Positions 47,001 through 55,779 of a DNA stretch of 64,000 nucleotides are shown here, piece by piece (position 1 is the stretch's first letter; every line of letters starts with the position of its first letter). The notes under the pieces were generated by a model, which did no database searches, was not told the DNA's origin, and saw nothing but the letters and a program-made list of their open reading frames with translations. The position numbers and the translations under genes were made by a program. This stretch comes from Vicugna vicugna (Eukaryota): positions 1,506,398-1,570,397 of the forward strand of contig MU063441.1 of assembly GCA_013265495.1 (NCBI GenBank), given 5' to 3'.

Positions 47001-48003
47001 GTCTCATAAGGGGCATTGAATAAGATAAAATTTAAAATAATTTGAATAATGAAAGTAAGATTAAAAAAGTAGATATAAAAATAAAAGTCAGGAGTAAGGT
47101 TATTTGTGTCAGTTAATAACTGATAATTTCTGGGATCCACATTTTATTCCACTGGTTAAATGTTGTTAATATGAATACTAACATAAGACTTGAGTGAAGC
47201 TATTAACTGACAGCACTATAAGAAAATTTTAATTTCAATTTTTCAAAGCAAGATTAAAGCTAATTCCTTTATAAACATTAAAGAATCAGCCAGAAAGTAA
47301 GTTGAAACTGATTATGGGAAGTTCCCAAGGTGCAAAATTGATAAAGTTGCATATTGCTCAAAGATAAAGACATCATTTGATGAATGATCTTAGTGAAACA
47401 TAGGTGAAATATCTTGTAGCCATGTTTCATAGGTATTAAATTCTTCTATGTGAAATATTTTAGAAACTATAATACATTTTCAAATACTACTTATAAAGGA
47501 TTTCTTGAAGATCACAGAAATCTCAGTTGACTTCATACATCATTGTTATGGTATACTGAACTCTCAATGGCAATACATATTTGAAGTCTGAGGGGGAAAA
47601 AAAGCTCAGTGATGGATCACAGCCTCCATTTGCATTATCATTTAACAAATTAAAAAATTCTAGTTTTGAACCATTCTCAGATCTTGGTTATTAAATCTGG
47701 GAAAGAAAGTGACAGGTTATGTAGTTTTTCTTTCTTTCATGAGATTCTTATCTTGATTTCTTGGCTATTCTAATAGAACACTGTATGTCACATTTGAGCT
47801 CTGATTAACCCCCTTTAATTCTTCCCTCTCTCCCCAATATATGCCACAATTCTTCTGTTTTTCACCTTGTGTATAAACTTTTTAAATGTAACAGAATTCG
47901 ACTAGTGAGAGTTTCTGTAAATGGTCACAGCACTGGAAGTCTTACCTCTCTCTAGAGCACGCACACATGCTACAGCAAGCAGGAAAACCAGGATCCTCTT
48001 CAT
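20068..48003 (-). CDS. GC: Vitamin D-binding protein (group-specific component), spliced CDS: join of 47946-48003, 36678-36747, 35768-35900, 34982-35193, 33656-33788, 33257-33351, 29734-29863, 28507-28709, 27674-27803, 27126-27223, 25059-25191, 20068-20094; 1422 nt, 473 aa
   Basis: All exons are bounded by GT-AG and join in one open frame. Exon sizes are 58/70/133/212/133/95/130/203/130/98/133/27. The albumin-family Cys pattern is intact (28 Cys in the mature chain). The translation closely matches known DBP ([70 protein letters not shown]). Confidence 0.99.
20220..21540 (-). mobile_element. L2 LINE fragment in intron 11
   Basis: Purine-rich antisense-L2 pattern (GGGAAGGAATCTCAGACAAGGTGA, GAGATCAAATTTC..GGGACA, GGAGGTAGAGATTTG). 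Confidence 0.6.
22191..22280 (-). mobile_element. Very short L1 3' tail
   Basis: TATAGTCAATTACAATGTGTCAGTTTCCTGGTGTACAGCACAATG matches the other L1 tails in the window. Confidence 0.7.
25059..25191 (-). CDS. GC: GC exon 11: [44 protein letters not shown]
   Basis: Acceptor gcctttcag|A, donor GAG|GTAAGC; 133 nt. Confidence 0.98.
27126..27223 (-). CDS. GC: GC exon 10: [32 protein letters not shown](K)
   Basis: Acceptor cttacag|GGC, donor AA|GTAAGG; 98 nt. Confidence 0.98.
27342..27632 (+). mobile_element. hAT-Charlie MITE (MER58B-like), filling most of intron 9
   Basis: CCAGATAGTAAATAT..GGCTTTG, GTGGCTGTGTTCCAATGAAACT, TGGCCC..TACAGTTTGCCAACCC. Confidence 0.8.
27674..27803 (-). CDS. GC: GC exon 9: [43 protein letters not shown]
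   Basis: Acceptor caccag|G, donor AAG|GTACGA; 130 nt; within ORF 27581-27883. Confidence 0.98.
28507..28709 (-). CDS. GC: GC exon 8: [67 protein letters not shown](Q)
   Basis: Acceptor tttgtag|CTG, donor CA|GTAAGT; 203 nt. Confidence 0.98.
28800..29110 (+). mobile_element. Old L1M(E)-like fragment in intron 7
   Basis: GAGGGCAATTTGTCAAT..AAAAGCCTTAAA..AGGAATTTAC..GAAACAACCTAAAT. Confidence 0.5.
29500..29710 (+). mobile_element. MIR SINE next to the exon 7 donor
   Basis: CTTACTAGTTGTATCACC..TTTCCTCACATGTAAA..GAGTGCCTG. Confidence 0.6.
29734..29863 (-). CDS. GC: GC exon 7: [43 protein letters not shown]
   Basis: Acceptor tgtttag|C, donor GAG|GTAAGA; 130 nt. Confidence 0.98.
31034..31177. other. 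N-run (144 nt) inside L1
   Basis: Seen directly. Confidence 1.
31204..31366 (-). mobile_element. Camelid SINE (Vic-1 type) nested in L1
   Basis: A and B boxes; 16-bp TSD CTATTCAATTATTTTT at 31188-31203 and 31367-31382. Confidence 0.9.
33257..33351 (-). CDS. GC: GC exon 6: [31 protein letters not shown](S)
   Basis: Acceptor ttttctag|AGA, donor AG|GTAAAG; 95 nt. Confidence 0.98.
33656..33788 (-). CDS. GC: GC exon 5: [44 protein letters not shown]
   Basis: Acceptor cacag|A, donor GAG|GTAGGT; 133 nt; within ORF 33608-33838. Confidence 0.99.
34982..35193 (-). CDS. GC: GC exon 4: [70 protein letters not shown](Q)
   Basis: Acceptor cctag|ACT, donor CA|GTAAGC; 212 nt. Confidence 0.99.
35768..35900 (-). 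CDS. GC: GC exon 3: [44 protein letters not shown]
   Basis: Acceptor ctcag|G, donor AGG|GTAGGG; 133 nt; overlaps ORF 35648-35896. Confidence 0.99.
36015..36208 (-). mobile_element. 5'-truncated L1 3' UTR in intron 2 (sense to GC)
   Basis: 15-bp TSD TGCACACATGTTCTT at 36000-36014 and 36209-36223. Confidence 0.9.
36678..36747 (-). CDS. GC: GC exon 2: (G)[23 protein letters not shown]
   Basis: Acceptor ctag|GCCGAGAT, donor TT|GTAAGT; 70 nt. Confidence 0.98.
39453..39635 (-). mobile_element. 5'-truncated L1 3' UTR in intron 1
   Basis: CAGTTTACAATGCTGTGTCAATTTCTGGTGTACAG...TATTGAATACGCTTCCCTGTGCTGTACAG. Confidence 0.8.
40760..45080 (-). mobile_element. Dispersed L2 fragments in intron 1 (about 40760-40900, 42200-42480, 43640-44050, 44590-45080) with a MIR at about 44170-44410 (+)
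   Basis: Antisense L2 3' ends (TTCCAAAAATCTATTGAATACTTACTATGT; CATTCATACATGTTTTGAAGACTTACTCTGCACCAGGC); MIR core CCTCAGTTTTCCCCATTTATAAAA. Confidence 0.55.
42927..43412 (-). mobile_element. MaLR solo LTR (MLT1D-like)
   Basis: TGTATTAGATTTCTATTGCTACTGTAAC...GGCAGGGCTGTGTTC..CTGGAG.CTCTAGGGGAGAAT...ATTCTGCCTACCACA. Confidence 0.85.
47946..48003 (-). CDS. GC: GC exon 1 coding part: [20 protein letters not shown] (signal peptide plus mature N-terminus)
   Basis: ATG at 48003-48001; hydrophobic signal peptide ending V-R-A; donor G|GTAAG at 47946/47945. Confidence 0.98.
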
Positions 48004-48116
48004 TTTTCTGCGGGCAAATCCTGCAGGACCCCCTGTCTCCTGTAGGTTACCCAGTAAAAAACATGGCAGCCAAAAGTAACCACTCCCCTTTTACTGAGAT
48101 TCCTGACTATGGACTA

Positions 48117-48129
48117 ATCAATTATTAAT
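48117..48129 (-). promoter_or_regulatory. Proximal HNF1 site ATTAATAATTGAT
   Basis: Close match to GTTAATNATTAAC about 55-65 bp upstream of the inferred TSS; HNF1 control of albumin-family promoters is established. Confidence 0.8.
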
Positions 48130-48235
48130 CTCTACACAGAACCAAGGGCAGTCATCCTTGGCCCACAAGAGATAAAATATCATCAATGAAGGCAAATAGA
48201 TAACCTGGGGAAAATGTAGTGGAAAATCGAGGAGA

Positions 48236-48248
48236 TTTAATCATTAAC
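48236..48248 (-). promoter_or_regulatory. Second HNF1 site GTTAATGATTAAA
   Basis: 12/13 match to the HNF1 consensus, about 180 bp upstream of the inferred TSS. Confidence 0.85.
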
Positions 48249-48644
48249 TTTGTCGGACTACAAAAGAGTCAGGGTATATGTAGATTTTTTTTCTCTCCCA
48301 CTGTGTTTTTTTTTTTTTAATACCAAAGCTTATATAATGTATTAGTGGACACATTCTCCCTCTTTATGTGTCCCCACCCTTCTCAAGGGTATAAATGGAA
48401 ACTTGGAGGTCTTCCTCTGTTTAAACCTGCTACAAATAAGGATTATCTTAAAATACCACACACTAGAGGTTGAAGTAATAAGGGGAAAAAGTGAGACGCC
48501 AACTTACCACAATTGCTCAGATCCGTAATTTCAATGCTATAAATTTTATTTAAGATGATGGGATAGTACTGTGCTATAGTACTATATATAGCATGTGCTT
48601 TATTACATACATCTTAAAAAAAAATTTTTTTAATGAAAGTCCTT

Positions 48645-48690
48645 AGGCACTACCACTGAGCTATACCTCCCTCCCTCCCTCCATCCCGCC
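48645..48690 (-). mobile_element. Head-only remnant of a Vic-1-type SINE
   Basis: GGGAGGTATAGCTCAGTGGTAG (A box) with no B box; merges into a (CCCT)n tract. Confidence 0.55.
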
Positions 48691-48729
48691 ACATATCTTT
48701 CTAAAGCACTGACATACATATTAGAAATA

Positions 48730-49230
48730 ACTCTTGAAGTGAAGTAAATAACTGGGGAGGTTAAATGATTTGCCCCAAATCACAAAAGTCAGTGGCAAAT
48801 CTTGGACTACTAGAGCTAATTTGAAGTTCTTTTTTCTAATACTGTACAATTAGTATAATTTAAGATAATAGAACTTGAGAGCTCACAGCTGGCCTTGTAG
48901 AATGCAGAATCCATCATCATGTTACGGAAGAGAGGCACAGGGAGTTATGATTCACTCCATCATTGGAATCGGGTCAGGATCTGGTTCTCACAGTAGTCCT
49001 CTTTTTAGGAAACAGGGTCAGATAAGGGTTGGGTACACTGACTGGAATAAAATCCCTACTCAGCTCTTATTGGCTGTGTAACCTTGGGAGATCATTCTGT
49101 TTCTCTAAGACTTGTTTCTCTCCTATACAAAGTGGTGTACCTTTGTCACAAGATGGTTGTGAGCTTAATTAAGATAATGTGCAGGGTCTTCTGTAACATC
49201 AAACGTGGTGGCGTGCACTGGTAACTATTG
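48730..49230. mobile_element. Two MIR fragments (about 48730-48830 minus, 48990-49230 plus)
   Basis: GAGGTTAAATGATTTGCCCCAAATCACA; GGCTGTGTAACCTTGGG. Confidence 0.55.
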
Positions 49231-49846
49231 CTCTTATTCTAATTATTGCCCATTTTCTTCACTGCCTCTCTAAATTTATAATATCTGAGAAGATTACTGG
49301 ATCTAATGAGGTCTGGAACTCAGTGGAAGTATCTTAGAGCCAGCCCTATATTGTGGGTTTAGGACTATCACAAAAAAGTGATATAGAAGTCTGATATCAA
49401 TTTAGAAGCTAAGCAATTAACTGCCTGGAAAGATTCCATCAAAATCTCAAACTGCATGAAGCAGTTACATTTCTAGTCAGATTCTCCTTCTATATTGAAA
49501 ACAGTTGAGTGTTAAGTTCAGAAAATGGAGCTCAGCTAGTTGAAAAGGATAACTAAGCAAGAATTAAGCAGAGCTATCTCTAAAGCCGATGGAAATCCAC
49601 GTGGTAAAGATTAGAAGAAACTCTAAATATTGCTAGAGGCAATATGGCAAGATAGTCTTGCTGTTCAAAGATCAGCTTCCTGCCTACTACAAGTCTTCCA
49701 AACTTCTCCTTCGGCTAAACTCTTAATTTACTTTGCAAGTTAATTAAAAAATGTGTTTTAGTCTTACTATAAATTATTTGGAAATAAAGAAACTCTAAAC
49801 AAGTGCCAAAACATTTTAAAAAGACAAGAAACCCAGAACTCAGAGA

Positions 49847-49859
49847 ATTAACTATTAAC
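49847..49859 (-). promoter_or_regulatory. Distal HNF1-like site GTTAATAGTTAAT
   Basis: 11/13 match, about 1.8 kb upstream of the inferred TSS. Confidence 0.55.
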
Positions 49860-51204
49860 ACACTACAGTTTCTATTTTTAAGATAATACAATATACGCAC
49901 TTCTGTAGTTTTTTTATTTAGCAGTATTTCATCTTCTGATTAGTTCTTTCAAAGATACTCTAGATTGTCTCCCATTAATTTTGTTATAGAACTTAAGATC
50001 AGCCAGTTCGTTTTTTTTAAAAATTATAACTTTATCTCTGCTTTTGCAATAACATCTGCCACTTTGGTTTAATGATAAACTGTAGCAAAAGTTGCAACAT
50101 CTCACTTCGGTGTTCTCTTGAGAAATCTCTACACAAGCTGCCAAATGCATCCTCTTGACTTTATCTTTTTCCAAATGAAAACTGGAACTTATGTGCTAAC
50201 AATTTGAGTGTACACGAACCTTAACTCAGTCTTATTTATGTTACTTTCCTTAATTCTTTCAAATGTTGATTGTTCACAGCGATTCTAAAACTGGAAAGAA
50301 ATAATTGGCTTAAACGAGATGTCTCATGTTGCCATGATTACTTTAGTAAATCAGATGAGGGGAGAAGGGTAAAAAAAGACCAAGTGAAATCTTCTGACAC
50401 TCTGTTACGGCAGTAGTTACAGCAACTCAGAAATTCGTAATGGAAACAGATACTTTAACAGAATTTTCATTAACTATTTCAGCTGTAAAGTTTTGCAGGA
50501 GTTTTTGCTCATAAAGAATCAAAAAACATATGCAGAAGTTGAAATAGATTATTGGACACATGAAATTGATGTAATATTATAAACTAATTAAAAAACTGAT
50601 TTGAAGTCCTCTCCTACCTGTTTCTCTGTCTTGCTATTGGCTTCAGAAGAAATGTAAGTTTTTCCCTAAACAAAGCTATTTCTAGGCAAAATTGGGAGAC
50701 AAAGCCCATCTTTAGTTCCTTCCCTGACACATTCTGTTCCTTTAGTAACTCTTAAATCTTACACTCTTTATCAAAGGAATGTCTTTAACGTTTTTTAGGT
50801 TGTTACAGGCTGCTTAAAACTCTTCCATTATAATATTCCAGTAGAAATGACCTTCTTCAAGTTGATTTCATTTGCCAGAGTGTTCTTTTCATTCAGATTC
50901 TCTTTATACTATCAAAGTGCATTGTCAGTATCTTTCCCTGATAAATGAGCTGACCAAATGAATGTTAGTAGCTAAAGTGCCGAGTGCTCTCATAACCCAC
51001 CACTTTCTTGACTCGCATGAGAAATTTCAGTATCCTAATAAGTCTCTTTTTACTTAAGCTTATTCAAGCTGCATTTACTTGCAATTAAAGCATTATAACT
51101 AATGTAATTTTAGACCAGTCTTTCCTCCGTTGCTGTCATTTATTTAAAATGCAAATAGGACCATGTTATTGCCTCCTTGCTTACAACTCTTTAGTTAATA
51201 CTAA

Positions 51205-51624
51205 TGAAGGGACGAAACCCACAAAAGGACCAGCAAGACCTCCCAGGCAAGGCCAATGCCTTCCCACTTTTGCACGTCTGTAAAATGGCTTGCTTCTAGG
51301 GAAATGAAACTTACCCCCAAAATTCCATTGGTTCCCAAAAGCTCACTCCTGATTGGTCCATTTCTAACACTTTATTAGCATTTACCCCTAAAATTCCATT
51401 TATTCCTGAAAGCTCACTCCTGTTTGGTCCATGTCTAACACCTCATGTGCATTTGGCACAAACTTAATCAAAACCTAAAGCCCTATAAAAGTCTTTGTTA
51501 ACCTATAGATGGGGTCCAGAACGTGGAGAGTTAACTCCTCTGGGCCCGCTGGTGTAAGAAAGCTGAGTCCTCCAACCCTCTGAGTGTCACTTGGTCTCTC
51601 AGTGGGATTCAGGCTGCTGTAACA
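51205..51624 (+). mobile_element. Intact 420-bp ERV1-class solo LTR
   Basis: TG...CA termini; 4-bp TSD CTAA (51201-51204 and 51625-51628); TATAAAA at 51484-51490; degenerate poly(A) signal AAGAAA at 51556-51561; internal 60-bp tandem duplication. Confidence 0.85.
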
Positions 51625-51628
51625 CTAA

Positions 51629-51848
51629 CTGCTATATGTAAAATATACAAACAACAAGGTCCTACGATACAGCACAGGGAACTATATTCAGTATCTTGTA
51701 ATAGGCTATAATGAAAAAGAATATGAAAAGGAATATATGTGTGTATATATATCTATATATCTATATCTATATATATGAATCACTATGCTGTACAACAGAA
51801 ATTAACACAACATTGTGAATGGACTGTACTTCAATTAAAAAGAAAAAA
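51629..51848 (+). mobile_element. L1 3' UTR (sense on +) with an internal TA/TATC microsatellite
   Basis: AACAAGGTCCTAC..ACAGCACAGGGAACTATATTCAGTATCTTGTAATA...TGTACTTCAATTAAAAAG. Confidence 0.9.
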
Positions 51849-52069
51849 GCCTGTTCTTAACATTTGTAACTTCATCTTACCTACCTCTGTAAGGGACTCT
51901 GCACATTAAGATTTAGTACAGCTGAACTGTTTGTGGTTCAATGAGCTTGTGGTTCACCTTGTGCTGCTGGGCCTCCAGAGGTCTGTGCTCTTCTCCTTGG
52001 AAGCCCTCCTGTGCTATTTTGTGTGTTTGCTTTCTTATCTTGCAATAGGAGAAGGCTTCCACTTATTCA

Positions 52070-52500
52070 TTTAACATACATTTAATTGATAGCACTTCAT
52101 GCCAGCTGTCATTAAAGCTGTTGGTACTAGACCTGCATGCAGACCTGCATGGTCCTCATGGACCTGCTAATCCACCTAGTAAGGCAGATGATGAAAACAG
52201 TGAGTGGGCTGAGTGGTGAGTGTGCGTGGAAAATGGAGGGGATTGGATAAGAGTAGATGCAGAGAGACCAGTTTGAAGGCTGCTTTGAAGCCCAAGCAAG
52301 GGATGGCAGTGGCTTGGCGTGCGGTATTGGCAATGGAATGAAGAGACTCTATCCTGAGAACAGAATTAGGGGATGATCGTTAATTAGATGTTGGGAGGGA
52401 ACAGCAGTGGTGAGTCCTTGGGTTTCTGGCTTAAGTAAGAGAGTACTAATGTCATTTTCTGGGATAGAAAATACTGGAAGGGACACATAGTTTGGGGAAA
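52070..52500 (-). mobile_element. L2 fragment
   Basis: GAGAGACCAGTTTGAAGGCT..AGCAAGGGATGGCAGTGGCTTGG. Confidence 0.55.
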
Positions 52501-52538
52501 GATGTGTTAGGAAGAATTTTGAGTAGGCATATGGTATA

Positions 52539-52911
52539 CAGTTGGCCCTCCATATCTGCAGGTTCCATATCTTCAGATTCAACCAACCTTGGATTGAAAG
52601 TATTAAAAAAATTTCGAAGTTCCAAAAAGCAAAACTTGAATTTGCCTTCCATAGCAACTATTTCCATAGCACTTAGGTTGTATTGACAGCTGTTTACATA
52701 GCGTTACACTGTATTTTCAGCTATTTACATAATATTTACATTGTATTAACTAGCATAAGTAACCTAGAGATGATTTAAAATAATACAGGAGGATATTTGT
52801 AGCTTATATGCAAATACTACAGCATTTTATAGAGGGGACTTGAACACCCTTGGATTTTGATATCTGTGGGGGTCTTGGAACCAATCTCCCCAGGATATTG
52901 AGGGGTGACTG
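52539..52911. mobile_element. TcMar-Tigger non-autonomous element (Tigger3/MER2-like)
   Basis: TIRs CAGTTGGCCCTCCATATC and GATATTGAGGGGTGACTG; TA at the left flank; AAGTTCCAAAAAGCAAAACTTGAATTTGCC body. Confidence 0.85.
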
Positions 52912-53921
52912 TGCTACCCTGGATGGTAGAAGAGACCTGGATTTCTAGGCTGCTCTGAGTCTTCCTTCTCTGTGCTGTGCTCTCCCATAGTGCTCTTATT
53001 TGCACTAAAACTTGTTCATCTAGGTATTCCCAACAGCTAGCACAGAAACTCAACATGGTAAATCCTGAGCAATAATCAGTTTCATGGAGGAATTTAAATA
53101 TCTAGTGTTTAAAATTAAAGACTAAGATAGAAGTCTATAATTTGTTCTTGCTCATTGAAATCAGGGTAAAATAAATCACTGTTTTGATGAATAAACCAAT
53201 TTATAATTTTACTTGGATTTTCATGTAAATCTGCAAATGATTCCTATATATTTAAAACAAAAGATGCTATTATATAAATATATCTTACAGAATGTAGGAG
53301 TTAGAAAATCTTACAAATATAAATGGCTTATTAAGCAAGGTTACTTCATTTATTTTAAAAGGAAAATTTGAGATAAAATTAGAGAAAACAACTTCTACCA
53401 TGGCTCCATCTAACAAGGCTATAGTAGTTTAGGAAGCCTTATATAATAAACTGGCAAATAATCATTAATTTCCCAAGAACATTTTCTTTCTTTTTTTTTT
53501 TTTTAAAGACAAGTGTGCCTTTTCTGTTGAAGTATAGTCAGTTTACAATGTAGTGTTAATTTCTGGTGTACAGCATAGTGACTCACTTCTACATAGATGT
53601 ATATTCTTTTTCATATTCTTTTTCATTATAGGCTATTATAAGATACTGGATATAGTTCCTGTGCTGTAGAGTAGGACCTTGCTGTTTATATATTTCTTAA
53701 TATAGTATTATCTGCAAATCCTGAACTCTCAGTTTATCCCTCCACCCCTCCTTCTACCTCTGGTAACCATAAGTTTATTTTCTATGTCTGTGAGTCTGTT
53801 TCTGTTTTGTAAATTGGTTCATCTGTGTCATTTTTTTAGATTTCACATGTAAGTATATTGTACGTTATTTTTCTTTCTCTTTCTGGCTTCACTTAGAATG
53901 ACAGTCTCCAGGTCCATCCAT

Positions 53922-54285
53922 NNNNNNNNNNNNNNNNNNNNNNNNNNNNNNNNNNNNNNNNNNNNNNNNNNNNNNNNNNNNNNNNNNNNNNNNNNNNNNN
54001 NNNNNNNNNNNNNNNNNNNNNNNNNNNNNNNNNNNNNNNNNNNNNNNNNNNNNNNNNNNNNNNNNNNNNNNNNNNNNNNNNNNNNNNNNNNNNNNTTTTG
54101 AATTNNNNNNNNNNNNNNNNNNNNNNNNNNNNNNNNNNNNNNNNNNNNNNNNNNNNNNNNNNNNNNNNNNNNNNNNNNNNNNNNNNNNNNNNNNNNNNNN
54201 NNNNNNNNNNNNNNNNNNNNNNNNNNNNNNNNNNNNNNNNNNNNNNNNNNNNNNNNNNNNNNNNNNNNNNNNNNNNNNNNNNNNN
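53922..54285. other. Two N-runs (53922-54095 and 54105-54285) separated by 9 called bases
   Basis: Seen directly. Confidence 1.
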
Positions 54286-54462
54286 ACTTGCATGATGGCC
54301 ATTTTGACTGGTGTGAGGTGATACCTCATTGTAGTTTTGATTTGCATTTCTCTGATAATTAGTGATACTGAGCATTTTTTTCATGTGCCTATTGGTCACT
54401 TCTATGTCTTCACAGGGGAAATAATTGTTTACATCTTTTGCCTATTTTTTGATTGGGCTGTT

Positions 54463-54490
54463 TTCTTTCTTTCTTTCTTTCTTTCTTTCT
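54463..54490. repeat. (TTTC)n microsatellite
   Basis: ttctttctttctttctttctttctttct. Confidence 0.9.
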
Positions 54491-55349
54491 TGGTTATTGA
54501 GTTGTATGACCAGTATGTTTTTCAAGTCACTGAGTACCAATGAGAATTAGACGTGATTATGCTGTATTCATTTCTACCCCTTCTAATCAATAAAAAATAT
54601 TTTAACTTAATCACAAAAGTAAGAAGTAGAACAGCTACAGGCAATTAAATAAAGCACGTATGGATTTTACAGCATATAGAACAGCAGGGAACAACCACAA
54701 GAAAAGTATATAAATATTAGATAAACCAACTCCTCTTTTCCTCTGGGCAGATTGCTAACGGTAAGAAAAAGAAAATGATCACCATTTTCCTTTATTACCT
54801 TTTTTCTCTTATCTTTTGCATTGCCTTTGTGATATATTGCCTAAGATGTGTACAAATGCTTAAGAATTTAACTATTCCAAGGTTATCAAAACAAAAAGGA
54901 TGCTGGTTGTCCTTGTGTATGTATTGGTAGGCAGAACATTATAAATTTTACAAAAAAGGAATCTGGAAGTTTTACTGAGAAGGTTACTGTTTTATAGTAA
55001 CGTTGGAGAAGTGGTGAGGATTATTTTCAAGAAGAATGTTTCTTTTAATTATCAACTCATGTTTTAGGTCACTCTTAAATTTACTCCAAGGTTGTCAAAT
55101 TACAATAAAATCTATTGGCATTTAAATAAAATACTTAGTGAACTAGCTAAAAAAGAATTTCCAAGACTATGTAGGTACTTATTAGTAATATCTCGATTTC
55201 TACACTGTAGCTATTGTGGTCTAAGTGTTTGCTCAACAACCTGGACTGGCTAGATTAATAAGTGGCTTTCCCCAACCTTTTTGGAGGAAAGGGATTAATG
55301 TTGTTGCGAATAGTCAGACCACAGGCATACTACTAGAACACTAACAAGG

Positions 55350-55520
55350 AGTGAGCTTGACATTTGCTATGCACGATGCTAGACATTTGAATTTCCTCAT
55401 TTAATCTTTATGACAACACATGAAATATATATCATCACTTTTTTATAGATAAAACTGAGCCTGAGAGTTTTCTAGTAGGCAGAATCTGAATTTAAAATCA
55501 AGCATTTTGATCCAGAGCCA
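55350..55520 (-). mobile_element. MIR SINE
   Basis: CTCATTTAATCTTTATGACAAC..TTTTATAGATAAAACTGAGCCTGAGAG. Confidence 0.6.
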
Positions 55521-55779
55521 CCTCTAAACCAGTGCTCTACTATCAGCAAGAACATATATTTTCCATGGTACTATTTTTCAGTTATATTCAGTCCTCTTCT
55601 AGTTATTAAAATACAATTTCATTTAAAAGAACTAAATTAAGAGTAGTACATGGGTGAAAGATGTTGATACAAATTTTTGATAGTGAGAGAAGCTCTGCAT
55701 ACTTGAAAAAGATGGGAGCTATAAAATTAGAAGTTTGCAATACTGATTTTGGGGGCATTGGCTTAGGACTTAAACGTCC

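Larger units (their letters stand above)
48004..48260 (-). promoter_or_regulatory. GC 5' UTR and proximal promoter (TSS estimated near 48064; TATA-like CAGTAAAA at 48096-48089)
   Basis: Lies directly upstream of the ATG; contains two HNF1 motifs and a FOXA-type TATTTGC (48198-48192); resembles the recalled human GC promoter. The TSS position is inferred. Confidence 0.85.
53482..54510 (-). mobile_element. Young L1 3' end (UTR plus ORF2 end), partly masked by N-runs
   Basis: T-tail, L1 3' UTR, and ORF2 C-terminal [18 protein letters not shown] in ORF 53889-54347. Confidence 0.9.

Noticed and set aside
48563-48596. Palindromic TAGTACTA/TATAGCA cluster upstream of the promoter
   Set aside because: AT-rich, low-complexity and short-armed; expected by chance.
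51311-51441. Spaced direct repeats that superficially resemble a CRISPR array
   Set aside because: There are only two 60-bp units, inside an LTR U3 region, in mammalian DNA with no cas genes.
53889-54399. Long ORFs of 152 aa and 168 aa (also 30952-31265)
   Set aside because: These are artefacts of reading through N-runs; the called parts are L1 ORF2-end or UTR sequence.
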